This document shows positions 23,306 to 35,981 of a stretch of DNA of 64,000 nucleotides, one piece after another. The translations under genes and the position numbers were made by a program. Origin of the DNA: Laetmonice hystrix (taxonomy: Eukaryota); NCBI GenBank assembly GCA_965235115.1, contig OZ249442.1, positions 32,736,001-32,800,000 of the forward strand. The letters run 5' to 3'. Position 1 is the first letter of the stretch. Every line of letters starts with the position of its first letter. A model generated the notes under the pieces. It had not been told where the DNA came from. It saw only the letters and a list, made by a program, of their open reading frames with translations, and did not search any database.

Positions 23306-24246
23306 TCTGTGAGAGGGAATGTGTCAGATTATCTGTTAGAGGGAATGTGTCAGATTATCTGTGAGAGAGGATCTGTCAGATTATCTGTGAGAGGGGATCT
23401 GTCAGATTATCTGTGAGAGGGAATGTGTCAGATTATCTGTGAGAGGTAATGTGTCAGATTATCTGTGAGAGGGAATGTGTCAGATTATCTGTGAGAGCGG
23501 ATGTGTCAGATTATCTGTGAGAGGGAATGTGTCAGATTATCTGTGAGAGGTAATGTGTCAGATTATCTGTGAGAGGGAATGTGTCAGATTATCTGTGAGA
23601 GGGAATGTGTCAGATTATCTGTGAGAGGGAATGTGTCAGATTATCTGTGAGAGGGAATGTGTCAGATTATCTGTGAGAGGGAATGTGAGAGGGAATGTGT
23701 CAGATTATGTGTGAGAGGGGATGTGTCAGATTATCTGTGAGAGGTAATGTATCAGATTATCTGTGAGAGGTAATGTATTAGATTATCTGTGAGAGGGAAT
23801 GTGTCAGATTATCTGTGAGAGGGAATGTGTCAGATTATCTGTGAGAGGGAATGTGTCAGATTATCTGTGAGAGAGGATGTGTCAGATTATCTGTGAGAGA
23901 GGATGTGTCAGATTATCTGTGAGAGGGAATGTGTCAGATTATCTGTGAGAGGGAATGTGTCAGATTATCTGTGAGAGAGGATGTGTCAGATTATCTGTGA
24001 GAGGGAATGTGTCAGATTATCTGTGAGAGGGAATGTGTCAGATTATCTGTGAGAGAGGATGTGTCAGATTATCTGTGAGAGAGGATGTGTCAGATTATCT
24101 GTGAGAGAGGATGTGTCAGATTATCTGTGAGAGAGGATGTGTCAGATTATCTGTGAGAGGGAATGTGTCAGATTATCTGTGAGAGAGGATGTGTCAGATT
24201 ATCTGTGAGAGGGAATGTGTCAGATTATCTGTGAGAGGGAATGTGT
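23306..24246. repeat. 26-bp minisatellite, ~36 copies (GAGAGGGAATGTGTCAGATTATCTGT)
   Basis: Head-to-tail units with variants GGGAAT/GAGGAT/GGTAAT and no spacers. Confidence 0.98.
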
Positions 24247-24795
24247 CCTTTAGACGTCACATAAGTACGAAAACACTCGTCGCTTCTCTTATTTATAGCT
24301 TCTTCTCATCTTTTGCCCATGTGATGTCATTCCAAGAAACTCGCATCAAGAAAAGAACTATCTCAGGAGAACACTCAGCACAAGTTTACTTACTCTGACA
24401 TTAAAGGTCCTTGGAAAAATCTAACGAAAAACATTTTAAACAAAACAATAGTTTACCTCTTTCCATTAGGAAGCCTGCTCCCTCTCGATCGCATGTTTTA
24501 CTAAGATATTTTTTCATAAAAGGTCTCGGTTAACAAAGGTCCTTTCACAGACTCAGTATCATGTTTCCTTTCACAAACATGTCCGACATTTCCTGTTAAA
24601 GGTTGAGAGTGGAATCCCTCAAGGGAAAAGTTTTTTCCCTGTCTCCCCGACCTAAAAATCAGAACAATCAGAACACATAATGCTTTCAGACTTCTCAGGA
24701 CGATGTCTGCTGTCTTTGTTACCATTGTGGAGAATATTATGGCATGTTTCATACAGTGTGTATGGTGTATAAAGAAGGTTCCCCTAGTGCAACAT

Positions 24796-24990
24796 CTTCA
24801 CGAAATGTTGTGTTAAAGGGGCAGGTTTCATTAGGTACCTAACGAAACCTGCCCCTTTAACACCACATCTCCACGAAATGTGGTGTTAAAGGGGCAGGTA
24901 TAGGTACCTAACGAAACCTGCCCCTTTAACACCACATCTCCACGAAATGTGGTGTAAAACGGGCAGTTTTCGTTAGGTACATAACGAACC
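24796..24990. repeat. Tandem array of ~64-bp palindromes (2.5 units) centred on GGTACC
   Basis: 24805-24868 is a palindrome with 30 of 32 pairs. A second copy (24878-24937) has a small deletion and a third partial copy spans 24947-24990. The 9-nt linker is CT(C/T)CACGAA. Confidence 0.9.
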
Positions 24991-26190
24991 GTGCTGTGAG
25001 GGCAAGTACTATCGTCATCAAGGGTGCCGTGTGGTCACCACTTGCAGCTAAACAGCTAAAACATTCAAATCTAACTGAAGAAAGTGTCGAAAACCCCAGA
25101 ACTAGAACTAGGTACTAGAATGGGAGTTTTGCTCCCATTTTACACGATTCTCTGATTGCTTATACACAAGCAAGATACAATACGTTGGAGATTGAGTTAG
25201 ACCTACTTGTTTCTTGGCTATTGGGGATATTTTACGAAATTACAGCAGAGCTCTTTGCCGTTGGAATCATTAGCACCCCTAATGACTAAACACCAATCAC
25301 CAAATCCTTAGCACCAAACCAAGTCCTTAGACCTCCACACAAAAAAAGTGTCCCTGTACCTGCTTCTAATCCTAAAAAATACATACAAAACCGCCTCTCA
25401 CTGAAAGGCTGGTTACACTTGACAAGCCAACCAGAAGCCAAGCCAAGCAACACTCAAGTATTCCAGTTTAAGTGCGTTTCACAACCTGTCTTTAGCTTGT
25501 CATGTGGTAAAAGCAACGTGGGGGGTTTTTCAATGGGAACTTTAAGAAACGGAACGGAAATTCCCATCATTAGGTCATAACTCCAGCGTCCAGCAGACAC
25601 CGAGGGCTGGATGTCTGATAGAATAAGGACTAGACAATAAATGGCCAGACAACAATAGCCAATAGCAACGGCCAGACACACTAAAATATAAAAAAACGTA
25701 TCCGCTTGCTGAAGAGGATCGTTTCTGGGTATTATTCACTTGCCTCATTCTTGAGGCAGCGAGTCCTTGACGTTCGTTATTGTGGGGTTATTACGTGGAA
25801 TCTCAGACTGATCAGAACGATTGGGCGTATGCATGGACCCCAGTCACTGTGAACAGAGAAAGGTGGTCGCTCCAATCGGAAGCTATGTTTGAAAGTAGCC
25901 GGGGGTTCTGACCAAGTGCTTTAACTCTATTGGAATATCCTTCTCGGCACGGTTCCATTTGCTGTTTGATAGAGGAAGGCAATTTTGCTATTCATCACAG
26001 CTCGTGCGTGAAGACCGATCGATCAAGTCTTTCTATTCAACAGTGGATGGATAAATGTGATATTGTGAGCTAGAAACGGAAGTGTGTAGATCTATTCCAT
26101 AGTATTGATAAATGATGGATGTTTCACAGACAGATTCGGGGATTCGGACGAGAACTGGATCGGAACCGGTGTGGACAATGTAGGCCTACT

Positions 26191-26860
26191 TGGTACATGG
26201 TGGGCAAAGCGTGGGCCTGGTGCATGGTACACGGTACATGGTGGAGAAAGCGTTGGTCAGCTGGTGCATGGTAAACGATACATGGTGGACAAAGCGTGGG
26301 TCTGGTGCATGGTACACGATACATGGTGGACAAAGCGTGGGTCTGGTGCATGGTACACGATACATGGTGGACAAAGCGTGAGTCTGGTGCATGGTACACG
26401 ATACATGGTGGACAAAGCGTGGGTCTGGTGCATGGTACACGGTACATGGTAGACGAAGCGTGAGTGTGGTGCATGGTACACGGTACATGGTGGACAAAGC
26501 GTGGGCCTGGTGCATGGTACACGGTACATGGTGGAGAAAGCGTGGATCTGGTGCATGGTACACGGTACATGGTGGACAAAGCGTGGGTCTGGTGCATGGT
26601 ACACGGTACATGGTGGACAAAGCGTGGGGCTGGTGCATGGTACACGGTACATGGTGGACAAAGCGTGGGCCTGGTGCATGGTACACGGTACATGGTGGAC
26701 AAAGCGTGGGGCTGGTGCATGGTACACGGTACATGGTGGAGAAAGCGTTGGTCAGCTGGTGCATGGTACACGGTACATAGTGGACAAAGCGTGGGTCTGG
26801 TGCATGGTACACGGTACATGGTGAACGAAGCGTGAGTCTGGTGCATGGTACACGGTACAT
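26191..26860. repeat. 41-bp minisatellite, ~16 copies (GGTGCATGGTACACGGTACATGGTGGACAAAGCGTGGGTCT)
   Basis: Head-to-tail units; two carry a 3-bp-longer TTGGTCAGCT variant. Confidence 0.97.
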
Positions 26861-29677
26861 AGTATTATTAAAGTAATAACGACTGCGAAACACAGCTTGA
26901 AATTGTTTCACACTGAGACACAAGTCATCAGAACTTTCAGCCATATAAACCAGGACTCGATCACGTTGTTTACATTGACCTCTTGTGAATTCTTGGCAAT
27001 TTGTTTGTTTTTTCAAGGAGAAGTTCGAAAGGTCTTGTACTCCATCACGAACTTAGACTGGTCGTTTCTTGTTAGTCACGGCCGTCAGTGGTTGACGGTC
27101 TACCCTCCCTAGTTTTGTTTTACCACTTCATATCTACTTTGTTAACATCTATACCCAACTCATTATTTTGTTTCTCTGTTTATACCGCTCACATTTCACT
27201 TTCCTGCCGGGCATCGCCTATCAAATCTGAAACCAATCGGCCCCTGTTGTCCCACCGGGGATTCTTAAAGTTGTCGTCATTTCGCTATGTCTGATTGGGT
27301 AGAGCTCTGTCACGTGATACCGACATGTGATTTGAGGTGTTATGAAGCAGAGAAGATATACAAATAAGGGGAGAACGGATTACTGCTGGAATGAGATGTT
27401 ACGAGGCCGGACAGGCACACGGGTTCCTGATTGCATCAAGTTATATGTAATACAGGCTGACGTATACTTGGGCTGTGTATGGGCTGAACACTAGGTCTGG
27501 AACGTGAATTTAATCGTACAGGCCGGCGGGCAAGAACTGTAGTCGATGGCATGGGCTTCAGTTGGGGTTCCCTTTCTCTTTTCCCTCAAGGCTTTGCTTT
27601 ACTGTTACTCGTTATACCTGACCTCCATATATCTTCATTCCATCCAAAGGTTGTTGTGTAACTCGATTTACACTTTGCATGGTCTGACTAACGGATCATC
27701 TTGCTTGCTTCTGGTTTGTTTACTTGTTCTATGAATCCGTGAAGGGGACATTTTATTAGCTAGAATGGCGACTCGTAGCATGATGTATTGAATCTTCTCT
27801 GGCCATAAGTATCTCCAACCTGACATATGAACGAGGATCACAGTTCATTTTGAATAACTATCAAGATCCCTTCTGAACGTCATGTTTCCATTAGGGGTTG
27901 CTGTGTGTGTACTACAATAGAAAATCTGATATTTAGTAGTAGGATAACAATCGATTATTTCGGTAATACTTCCCCCAAGGGAGAAGTCCAAATCGCGGGA
28001 CTATTTTCCAGGATGTTGGTCGAAAGATTGCAGGAAGCTGCCATTGTTTAATATTTTGGGATCAAAAATTTTTGACGGTCGCATTTATTTCCAGCGCAGG
28101 CAGTGGGGGGGGGGGGGGAGGTATCCCGTTGATGCTTAGAGAAATGTCTGGGTAATTAGACGTGCATGCTCACGTTAAACCATCACAAAGTGTTGAGGTC
28201 GTATTTCAATGCGTACATCCCTTTCCTCATGGCAGTATTGTAGTTGTGCTAAAGCACGAACATGTACCGACGTATATGAAATGGCAATTTCCGTACATTG
28301 CATGTCTGAGTTGCAGGGTACTTCCGTGCTCTTCAGACAAAGAGGGTCAATGACAGCACTATATAGAGTACGGATTTCTCACAGTCTACGATGTAGTACC
28401 ATGCGCAAGTTTGAGGGGGTCGTCAATTAGGCCCGCACACAGTTTGATTTGCGTAATAAAAAGTTCCTCTGCAGGAAGCTTTCAAACACAGGAGCAGCGA
28501 CTCTTTGTAATGGATCCCCTTGTGGAAAAACAGAGAACTTACATTTCCGTGTATTGTTTTACGGTCTGTGCCAGAACAAAATCGGTTCAGAGAGATCCTC
28601 GGCGAGACCTCTTATTACCACGCTCGGCTCGAAATGCAATAGTCATGTAGGACGAAAACAATTGTTACTTTTCAAAGGCCAACATAATCTCACTCTCCTA
28701 TCATCACGACTTCGTCAGCAGTTGAATTTAGGAATCGGTGGTTTGTGTTATATCGCGTATAAACTTTTTTTCTGTCGCAGAAAGTAGGTTTCCGAGTCTT
28801 TGATTTCAACTGTGATTCTGCCTCCTTCCGGCCTCTCTGTACGTGTGGCTGTCGCTGATACTAGGGGCCAAGCCACGCCCTGCGGACAACATGGCCGGCC
28901 CTGTACTATGATCAGATATTTATTGCCCATCTCAAGACGATTATGGCCAGTAGCCCCGACAGAAACCGGTGGTCGGAGCTCTCCCAAAGCCTGCAGATCG
29001 GTACTATCACACCTACTTGGTCTTCTAAATTGATCGCAATGGCCGTTCCAAGGGGTGGTCTGCTATCTAATGATATCGACATCGCTCTGTTACTAAAGGC
29101 CATTTTTTGGAGTCTGGCTTTACTCAGACATGATGTCTGCCCCCGGGAGTATCCAGCGGGTAGGTGGTGAAATGCGCCACCCCAAAGTTCGTCCTCCGAG
29201 ATTTGCGGCTTGTTGTAAAGATACGGCGTAGTGGAATATCAAAGGCTGGTGATTTTCTATCAGAAAGGGTCGCCTGGGCATGGTACAAGGGACGTAAGTA
29301 ACCATGTACAGGTCTAGGGAAATAGTTTTTAATAGGTTTCTATTGGTCGACAGGGATGGGGGGCTAGGGCATTTCCTCTTGTCATTCCAGCTGCAATCCC
29401 CACAGGAAGTCACAGCATAGCAATCTCAAAACCTGTGATCGATGATAAGTATTTTCATGATAATTCCATTTATTCAGCAAGGCATCATGGGAGTATGGGT
29501 CGTGCAGTATACTTCATCAGTTAACGACCCCAGAGCCATCTAGCGAGTGAGCCGGGAAACAGCTAAGGGTGAGAACGACGTCTCGCCACGACTGAATGTT
29601 TCCAGCAGCCTCGGTTTGACATTGAATGGCAAGAGTCTCGCGGGGTCGAGGTCGATGTCCTCGCACTGTCGCCGGCG

Positions 29678-29720
29678 ACACTGGCCGCTAGAGGGCGACA
29701 CTAGCCGCTAGAGGGCGCAC
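29678..29720 (+). promoter_or_regulatory. Two tandem CTCF-like motifs created by a 20-bp duplication
   Basis: TGGCCGCTAGAGGGCGAC and TAGCCGCTAGAGGGCGCA match the CTCF core CC(A/G)(C/G)(C/T)AG(A/G)(G/T)GGC(A/G). Binding is not shown. Confidence 0.45.
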
Positions 29721-31260
29721 CGATAGAACAACCATCCCAATCTCAGCACGGTAACCGTTGGAAGCTCCAGACATCTGGGATCCGATCCTGCTTTCAAATC
29801 TTTTGTTGAATTCGGTCCATCTATCTATCCTGTCTCCAGGTCTGGGATCACCGCTGGCCGGAAGTAGCTCAGTGATGACGTTGGAGCGTTCGGTCGTAAT
29901 CAATATGGCGTCGCGGCATCGAACGTGGGACGTAGACAGCGGAAATGGCGAGCTAGAGGATCATTTCACGTTCGATTGTTCTGAATACATGGATCATCCT
30001 TATCAATGGTCCAACTACATCTGCTCCGCGTGTAAGGCCTCAAATATCAGAAAGTAGACTCGCCCTCGTCAATCATCGACGAACGCATTCAATTCATCAA
30101 GAGTGACGCTTAGAAATGGATTCAGAGATAGCAGGTCTTGAATGTATAAAAGGTAAACTAGCAGAGGTAAGAAATAAAGAACGCATGAATAAAGATAGAT
30201 AGATATATAGGAGAGTCACACCATCAAATTACTGTAGGCCTGCTCCAGCCTGATTCACGCATTAACTTCTCGGTTTGAACCAAACTGAGATTCATCTCGT
30301 TGTGGCTAGGTAAGTGGCAGTTGTTCCAGTCTTGAGTTATCGGTGACATTGTTAGATATCCATAGTGTGCTTCACTATGCTCGAGGAGCACCGCTGCCTA
30401 TACTTGACTGAAGTTTCCATGATATTTGATTTCAAAAGGTTTGACAGGTGATACCTTAAGGTGCTCACAATGTGGCAGAAGGTATAATCTTGGAAGGCCT
30501 CAGTATTCTTCTTACGTGTCGGAAAGAGACAGTCCTCTGCGTTAAGCAGATTTGTGGTGGGTTTCTTTTTCTTACACAAACAGAGATCTATAATATCAGA
30601 CGTGCTAATGTATTTGTTAAAAATATCCAGCCGACGTTATCCTGCATTGAGTAGTTGAGTAGTCATGTTCAGGAGATGATAATGGAGTACAGTGACACTA
30701 TTAATAAAGAAATGATAGATCTTATCTGTCTTCGATGATAAAAGGAGTTGCGTGTGGAAATGTCTTGGTCCTTCAGAGCCAGTCTCTATAAGATCGGGGT
30801 GGGTGGGTAGTATGGGACATCTAGGAGTTTAAAGCCTCACCTTAAAGACATCGCATTAGGCCTATATATAGATATATAGATCTTATCCCAACAGTTCTAA
30901 CGGATCGAGATTTTGGCGAGGCTGTGGTAGAGATGCTCTTCTCAAACCCTGGTGACCAGGAAGCTGATTTAGAAATGACCATATGATTGAAGTCAGTTTA
31001 TGTCAACACGCTTTTATTAGCCCAGTAGGTCTACCTAAATGCTTACTTCTGTACAGTCCAGATGTCTCACCATGCATACTTGATGACCATTAAGTTAAAA
31101 CCATTAATTCCTGTACTGATTCTTTCTTTTTCCCTTCACAGTGATGGACTTCCAATTGTCCAAGACCTTGCGTAACGAACAGCGTGACGCAATCACGACG
31201 TCATCACCAAACACCGCGAGGTTGTCTATAGGTGGCGTCACGATCGCGTTTAGAGTTGAA

Positions 31261-31468
31261 ACACGTGAAGCAGACCTTACAGTATCACCCACTTTGGTCT
31301 GACACGTGAAGCAGACCTTACAGTATCACCCACTTTGGTCTGACACGTGAAGCAGACCTTACAGTATCACCCACTTTGGTATGACACGTGAAGCAGACCT
31401 TACAGTATCACCCACTTTGGTCTGACACGTGAAGCAGACCTTACAGTATCACTCACTTTAGTCTGACA
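31261..31468. repeat. 41-bp tandem repeat x5 (ACACGTGAAGCAGACCTTACAGTATCACCCACTTTGGTCTG)
   Basis: Direct inspection. Unrelated in sequence to the 41-mer at 26191. Confidence 0.97.
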
Positions 31469-31863
31469 ACTGAGGTAGTATGGTCCACCAAGTTAACGAA
31501 ACGGTTTATTCCCGAGGTAGTCGCGGGGACGGCGAGTGCGTTTAACCATTAAGCGGCCCGTCTCCCTGTGTGGGATCTGCCATATTTTCGAGTCATCCAT
31601 CTTCTGTGATTAATTTTTGTTGAATCTGCGCATGAGCCTATCACGTGACCCTATCAATCGTGTTTTCGAGCAGGACAGGTGCCTGCTGGGGGGGGGGGGG
31701 GGAGGGGCGTCATGTCACACTGGGGTCGGTGCTGCCCCCTTGCTCTCTCAACCCTCAATCCAACTCTCACCACCCCGCGGCGCCACTGTCGCTCCTGATT
31801 AACCTATATTCTTGGGAAGCCTGTCCGATTGTTCTTGCGACATGATGAAGCGGTATAATTGGA

Positions 31864-31915
31864 CCTGATCGTTAGAGGCGTCAGGAGATCCTGATCGTTA
31901 GAGGCGTCAGGAGAT
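31864..31915. repeat. 26-bp direct duplication followed by an inverted partial copy
   Basis: CCTGATCGTTAGAGGCGTCAGGAGAT x2. CTGACGCCTC at ~31928 is the reverse complement of GAGGCGTCAG. Confidence 0.8.
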
Positions 31916-32162
31916 ATCAGACGAGAACTGACGCCTCAGAGTGAAAGGTATATGGTCAGTGGACCTAGAGGTGTTGTGAAGGGGAAACATTCATTTTGAC
32001 AGAGACTGTTAATTAAAAGAGGATAGAAGACCGAACAGGCGCTGCTCACTGCTCCCCAAAGTAGCAGAATGCAATGTTCTGAAACAAAAGACTGAATCAT
32101 TCGTCTCTAGAGAAAGTAAGAGGGAGATAGACAGAGAGGGAAGATACAGGAAGGCAGAGATC

Positions 32163-32174
32163 GAGAGAGAAGAC

Positions 32175-32206
<32 letters not shown>
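32163..32206. repeat. Imperfect (GA)n microsatellite
   Basis: Direct inspection. Confidence 0.9.
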
Positions 32207-34303
32207 GGTGGGGGTGGGGTGGAAATATATAAAGAGAGCCACCTCAATAGTCTAACCTCACCCCTTACCACCACTACTGTACAGTCCCGAGTCTCATCAT
32301 GGTCCAACATTTACTGACCAGCAAGCAGGAACTCATCCGAACGTTTCTGTTCTCTTTTTGTATCTAGACAGAATCTAGACAGAATATATAGACAGAATGT
32401 TTATAGATTCGATTAATTCAAATTGTGGATCGTATGTGCTCTCAGGGAAGCCTCGATAAAAACACCCACTTAGTGAAATACGGGTGGGCTCCGTTCTCTT
32501 ATATTGCTATTCAAACGATTTTAACGTGTCCTAGACAGACCTTGCTACTTTCTATCACCAACGATCGCGTTTCAAGTTTGCTAATTTGTATTTTCTGGGT
32601 GAAACTGAGACAGGTATGGCTAACAATGGCCCGGGACATCAGGACCGTACGCAGCATACAATTGCTGGGGGGGGGGGGGGTACCTTTTTCTCAATGATCA
32701 AGGGCTAGAACGATCCCAAGCTGCACCCCAGTCTGTTCATAAGGACAGGTGTGTCGGTGCCGTGACTCATCAAATTTAAAAGTTTTATTTAGTTTTTGTT
32801 TTGCCGATAGGACCCCCCCCCCCAGTTCCCCCAATTCACTCACTCACGAGGGTTAATACACACTGGATACTTTCATGTCTGCTTGTTCATGTCGTCAGCG
32901 TTGTTTAAACTATGACGTAGTAAGGAGATAAGACGACGTTTTGGCATCTTAAAATTTGGATTCTGGGCACGCAAATCATTTAATCTCCCCCTCGCGTCCC
33001 ACACTGTGGCTTCTCCGGGGGCCACGTCGACAGCGTTATATTCCCCCTGGCGGCCGAACCGCGTACCATAGGGACGCAGAGTACGTCAAGCGGCTCTGCC
33101 GTAACTGGACACGCCGACGACCTCAGCAGGTGGAAGGAAGAAGTAAAATAAATAATTGGCTTCAGATCGAGGCTTCCAACTTTTTGATGTGATTCAAGCG
33201 TCAATGTTTAATGGCTGGGTCAACTAGGATGATCGTTTCGGTGCGTTATAAGCACATAAAATGAACGACCTTGCCCTCTTGAAACTATACAAACCAACTC
33301 CGCCGATGTGAATACCATAGTAGGCCTAAATTTTATTCTCTACTTCGGGAAACGTGTGCATGGGGTGCAGGCGCCTATACTCGTCAGGAATATGTATCTT
33401 AATAAGTCAATAGTTAATGATAATCAGTGATTACCATAATATCCAGTGATGAAAGGGTCGACTGACAGAATCTCTGACATAAATCTGATATCGATACCTG
33501 CAAAGTGAACCAGGGAGGACGGTGCAGTAGAGATTACAGTCCTCTGGAGACTTCACTGTCGTGTTTAGGGCGAGGTGGGGTTGGGGTGGGGGTAGTCGCT
33601 TAACAATCAATGACATGATTACGACAACTTCGACCTTTGACCCCGATCTGTAATTTCCTCGCTGCCTCTCGGGTATACATATTATCGGCGTATAGAGCAC
33701 CATTAGTTTGACTGTCAGTGCTTTAATCATTGTTAAACTCACCATGGAATCAAAAAGGCAGTAGTTCCCCCGAACTTGTCTCCTGGGCAGGATTACACTG
33801 ATGACTACTGATTATTTACTGATGACTATTGACTTACTATCGATTACTATTGATCAAGATTTAGTCCTTAGGTGTGAACAGTTCCGCTGGCGTCTCAGCG
33901 GCGTCTTGCTGTGTCTCACCACGCCTCACCATTTTATCGTTTCAAATGTCATCACGGTGTATTTGATATACTAACCTGCCGTTTCTTTATTATGCTATAG
34001 AATAACAATAGCACTTGTATATCATCCGGTAGATAGGGCCTTGGCTTGTTTAAATATCAACTCTTCCTTGGCTTTGATATGTATCCAATATGTCCCGGAG
34101 ATGGATATATTTTTGCCATAATTCCCCAAGATGAGAGACGGGGGGGGGGGGGGGGCTGAAGCTACATAATATCCAGCAACAGGTCAGATTTCAATCAGGT
34201 GAGATTTCAATGAGTCATCCTTCTCATCTTTCTCATATAATTCATGGTAACTTTAACCCCACGAAATTTGGTAGAAAGTGAAAATCTATCGCTATCCCTA
34301 CAG

Positions 34304-34437
34304 CCCTGGCCTTATCCCTAACCCCTAACCCCGGTACCTAGACCGCCCCAAAACATATCCCTATCCCTGGCCTTATCCCTAACCCATAACCCCGGTACCT
34401 AGACCGCCCCAAAATATATCCCTATCCCTGACCTAAC
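34304..34437. repeat. 61-bp tandem repeat (~2.2 copies) with CCCTAA-like motifs
   Basis: CCCTGGCCTTATCCCTAACCC(C/A)TAACCCCGGTACCTAGACCGCCCCAAAA starts at 34304 and 34365. Confidence 0.85.
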
Positions 34438-35139
34438 CCGAGCCCCCGGCCAGAAATTTCTTGGGGAAGTACTATGAATTAATAACCGAGAAATATTTTC
34501 GAGGAAAGTCTGGTAAGGTTGATTAGAAGAAAGCCTACTGGATGTATAGAAATGATATATTCATGTAATCTGGGGAAAGTTGTTATTTCTGACCCGGATT
34601 TAATGGACGACTGTCTTATTGCCAGATCATCCTATCGAGATATATTACGCCATCCATGTTCTGCTATAGGGTGAAGATCCTCGTTTTGGAGCAGTCGGCT
34701 CCACAACAGGGCTAACGTAATCTCCCTAACATTATTAGGTGTATCAATTGTATTTCTCGTTTCCAGTGAACTGAAAACTCTTATCGTTATTTCAGAATTC
34801 AGATATCATAAAGCAAGGATGGAAGTCCTTATAATGTAGATCTAGAATAACACATAACTTTTTATACACCGGATTGTCTTTAATATGTGATGCAGCGTTT
34901 GAAGGTATAGATAGAGGACATGATATCAAATGTAATTTCCTTGAAGGAGATATTGTCCCGCCAGTTTTTTTCTCTCTATGGAGAGATTGTTGGCAGTGGA
35001 GGAGTGTAAGACAGGCTTTTCTCACGATGCGGATCAAAGACGGGAGGCTTCACATCATAAAGCAAGACACATCTGACTATATATGTCATGGTTGAGATTA
35101 TAATCCGGATGGATTCCGAATACAGCCAGGATGAGATCG

Positions 35140-35414
35140 NNNNNNNNNNNNNNNNNNNNNNNNNNNNNNNNNNNNNNNNNNNNNNNNNNNNNNNNNNNNN
35201 NNNNNNNNNNNNNNNNNNNNNNNNNNNNNNNNNNNNNNNNNNNNNNNNNNNNNNNNNNNNNNNNNNNNNNNNNNNNNNNNNNNNNNNNNNNNNNNNNNNN
35301 NNNNNNNNNNNNNNNNNNNNNNNNNNNNNNNNNNNNNNNNNNNNNNNNNNNNNNNNNNNNNNNNNNNNNNNNNNNNNNNNNNNNNNNNNNNNNNNNNNNN
35401 NNNNNNNNNNNNNN
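35140..35414. other. Assembly gap (N)
   Basis: Run of N. Confidence 1.
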
Positions 35415-35834
35415 GCTACATGCATGCGTGGCTCAATCCAACAAGCGCAGCTTTATGAAGAAGCCTCGAACCTGAATGTCATTACATGTACATAGTTTGA
35501 GATGGCGTCGGGGAATCGAAGGGGGTCGTTAAATGTTCGCACACCAGGGCCGTGGGACGATGCTATTTCCATGTTACAGCACCCTCCATGTAGATCAGAG
35601 GACATTCTAACAACGACGTTCAGATATGATTCTCGTCGGCAGAGCTTCGTACACGACGTTAAGTGGGCAGAACAAAGGTGGAAAGCCACCCAAAGTATCG
35701 TAAATTACCGATTTGATCATTCCCTCACGGTTGCTCTAGCGGGTGGAGTCATAAACATGCGGTTTCGGTATGGAATGGGTAGGGGGCCTTCTCTATGATA
35801 TCATGTCCGCTCTGTGGATTAGCACAACAGCTTT

Positions 35835-35981
35835 GGAACCGTACGACGTCATTATTAACTCGTTAAGCGTTACGAGACTGTTGCTCCAGAAACCACACTC
35901 CACCAGAGGTTGTCGTTAAAAGCTCGTTAAGTTTAACGAGTTCGCTGCTCCTCAAACGAGCATCGTTTTATGAAATCTCTC
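35835..35981. mobile_element. Right end of a Harbinger-type MITE (partial)
   Basis: Repeated TCGTTAA/TTAACGAG motifs end in TTTATGAAATCTCTC followed by CTG, resembling the TTTATGAAAC terminus of the element at 50240-52968. No left end was found. Confidence 0.4.

Noticed and set aside
26105-27016. Cys/His/Trp-rich ORFs in six frames
   Set aside because: Translations of the 41-bp minisatellite. The period is not a multiple of 3, so the same peptide cycles through frames.
4703-35495. ORFs containing X runs (4703-5399, 17361-17624, 21949-22429, 34976-35495)
   Set aside because: They are open only because they cross N gaps.
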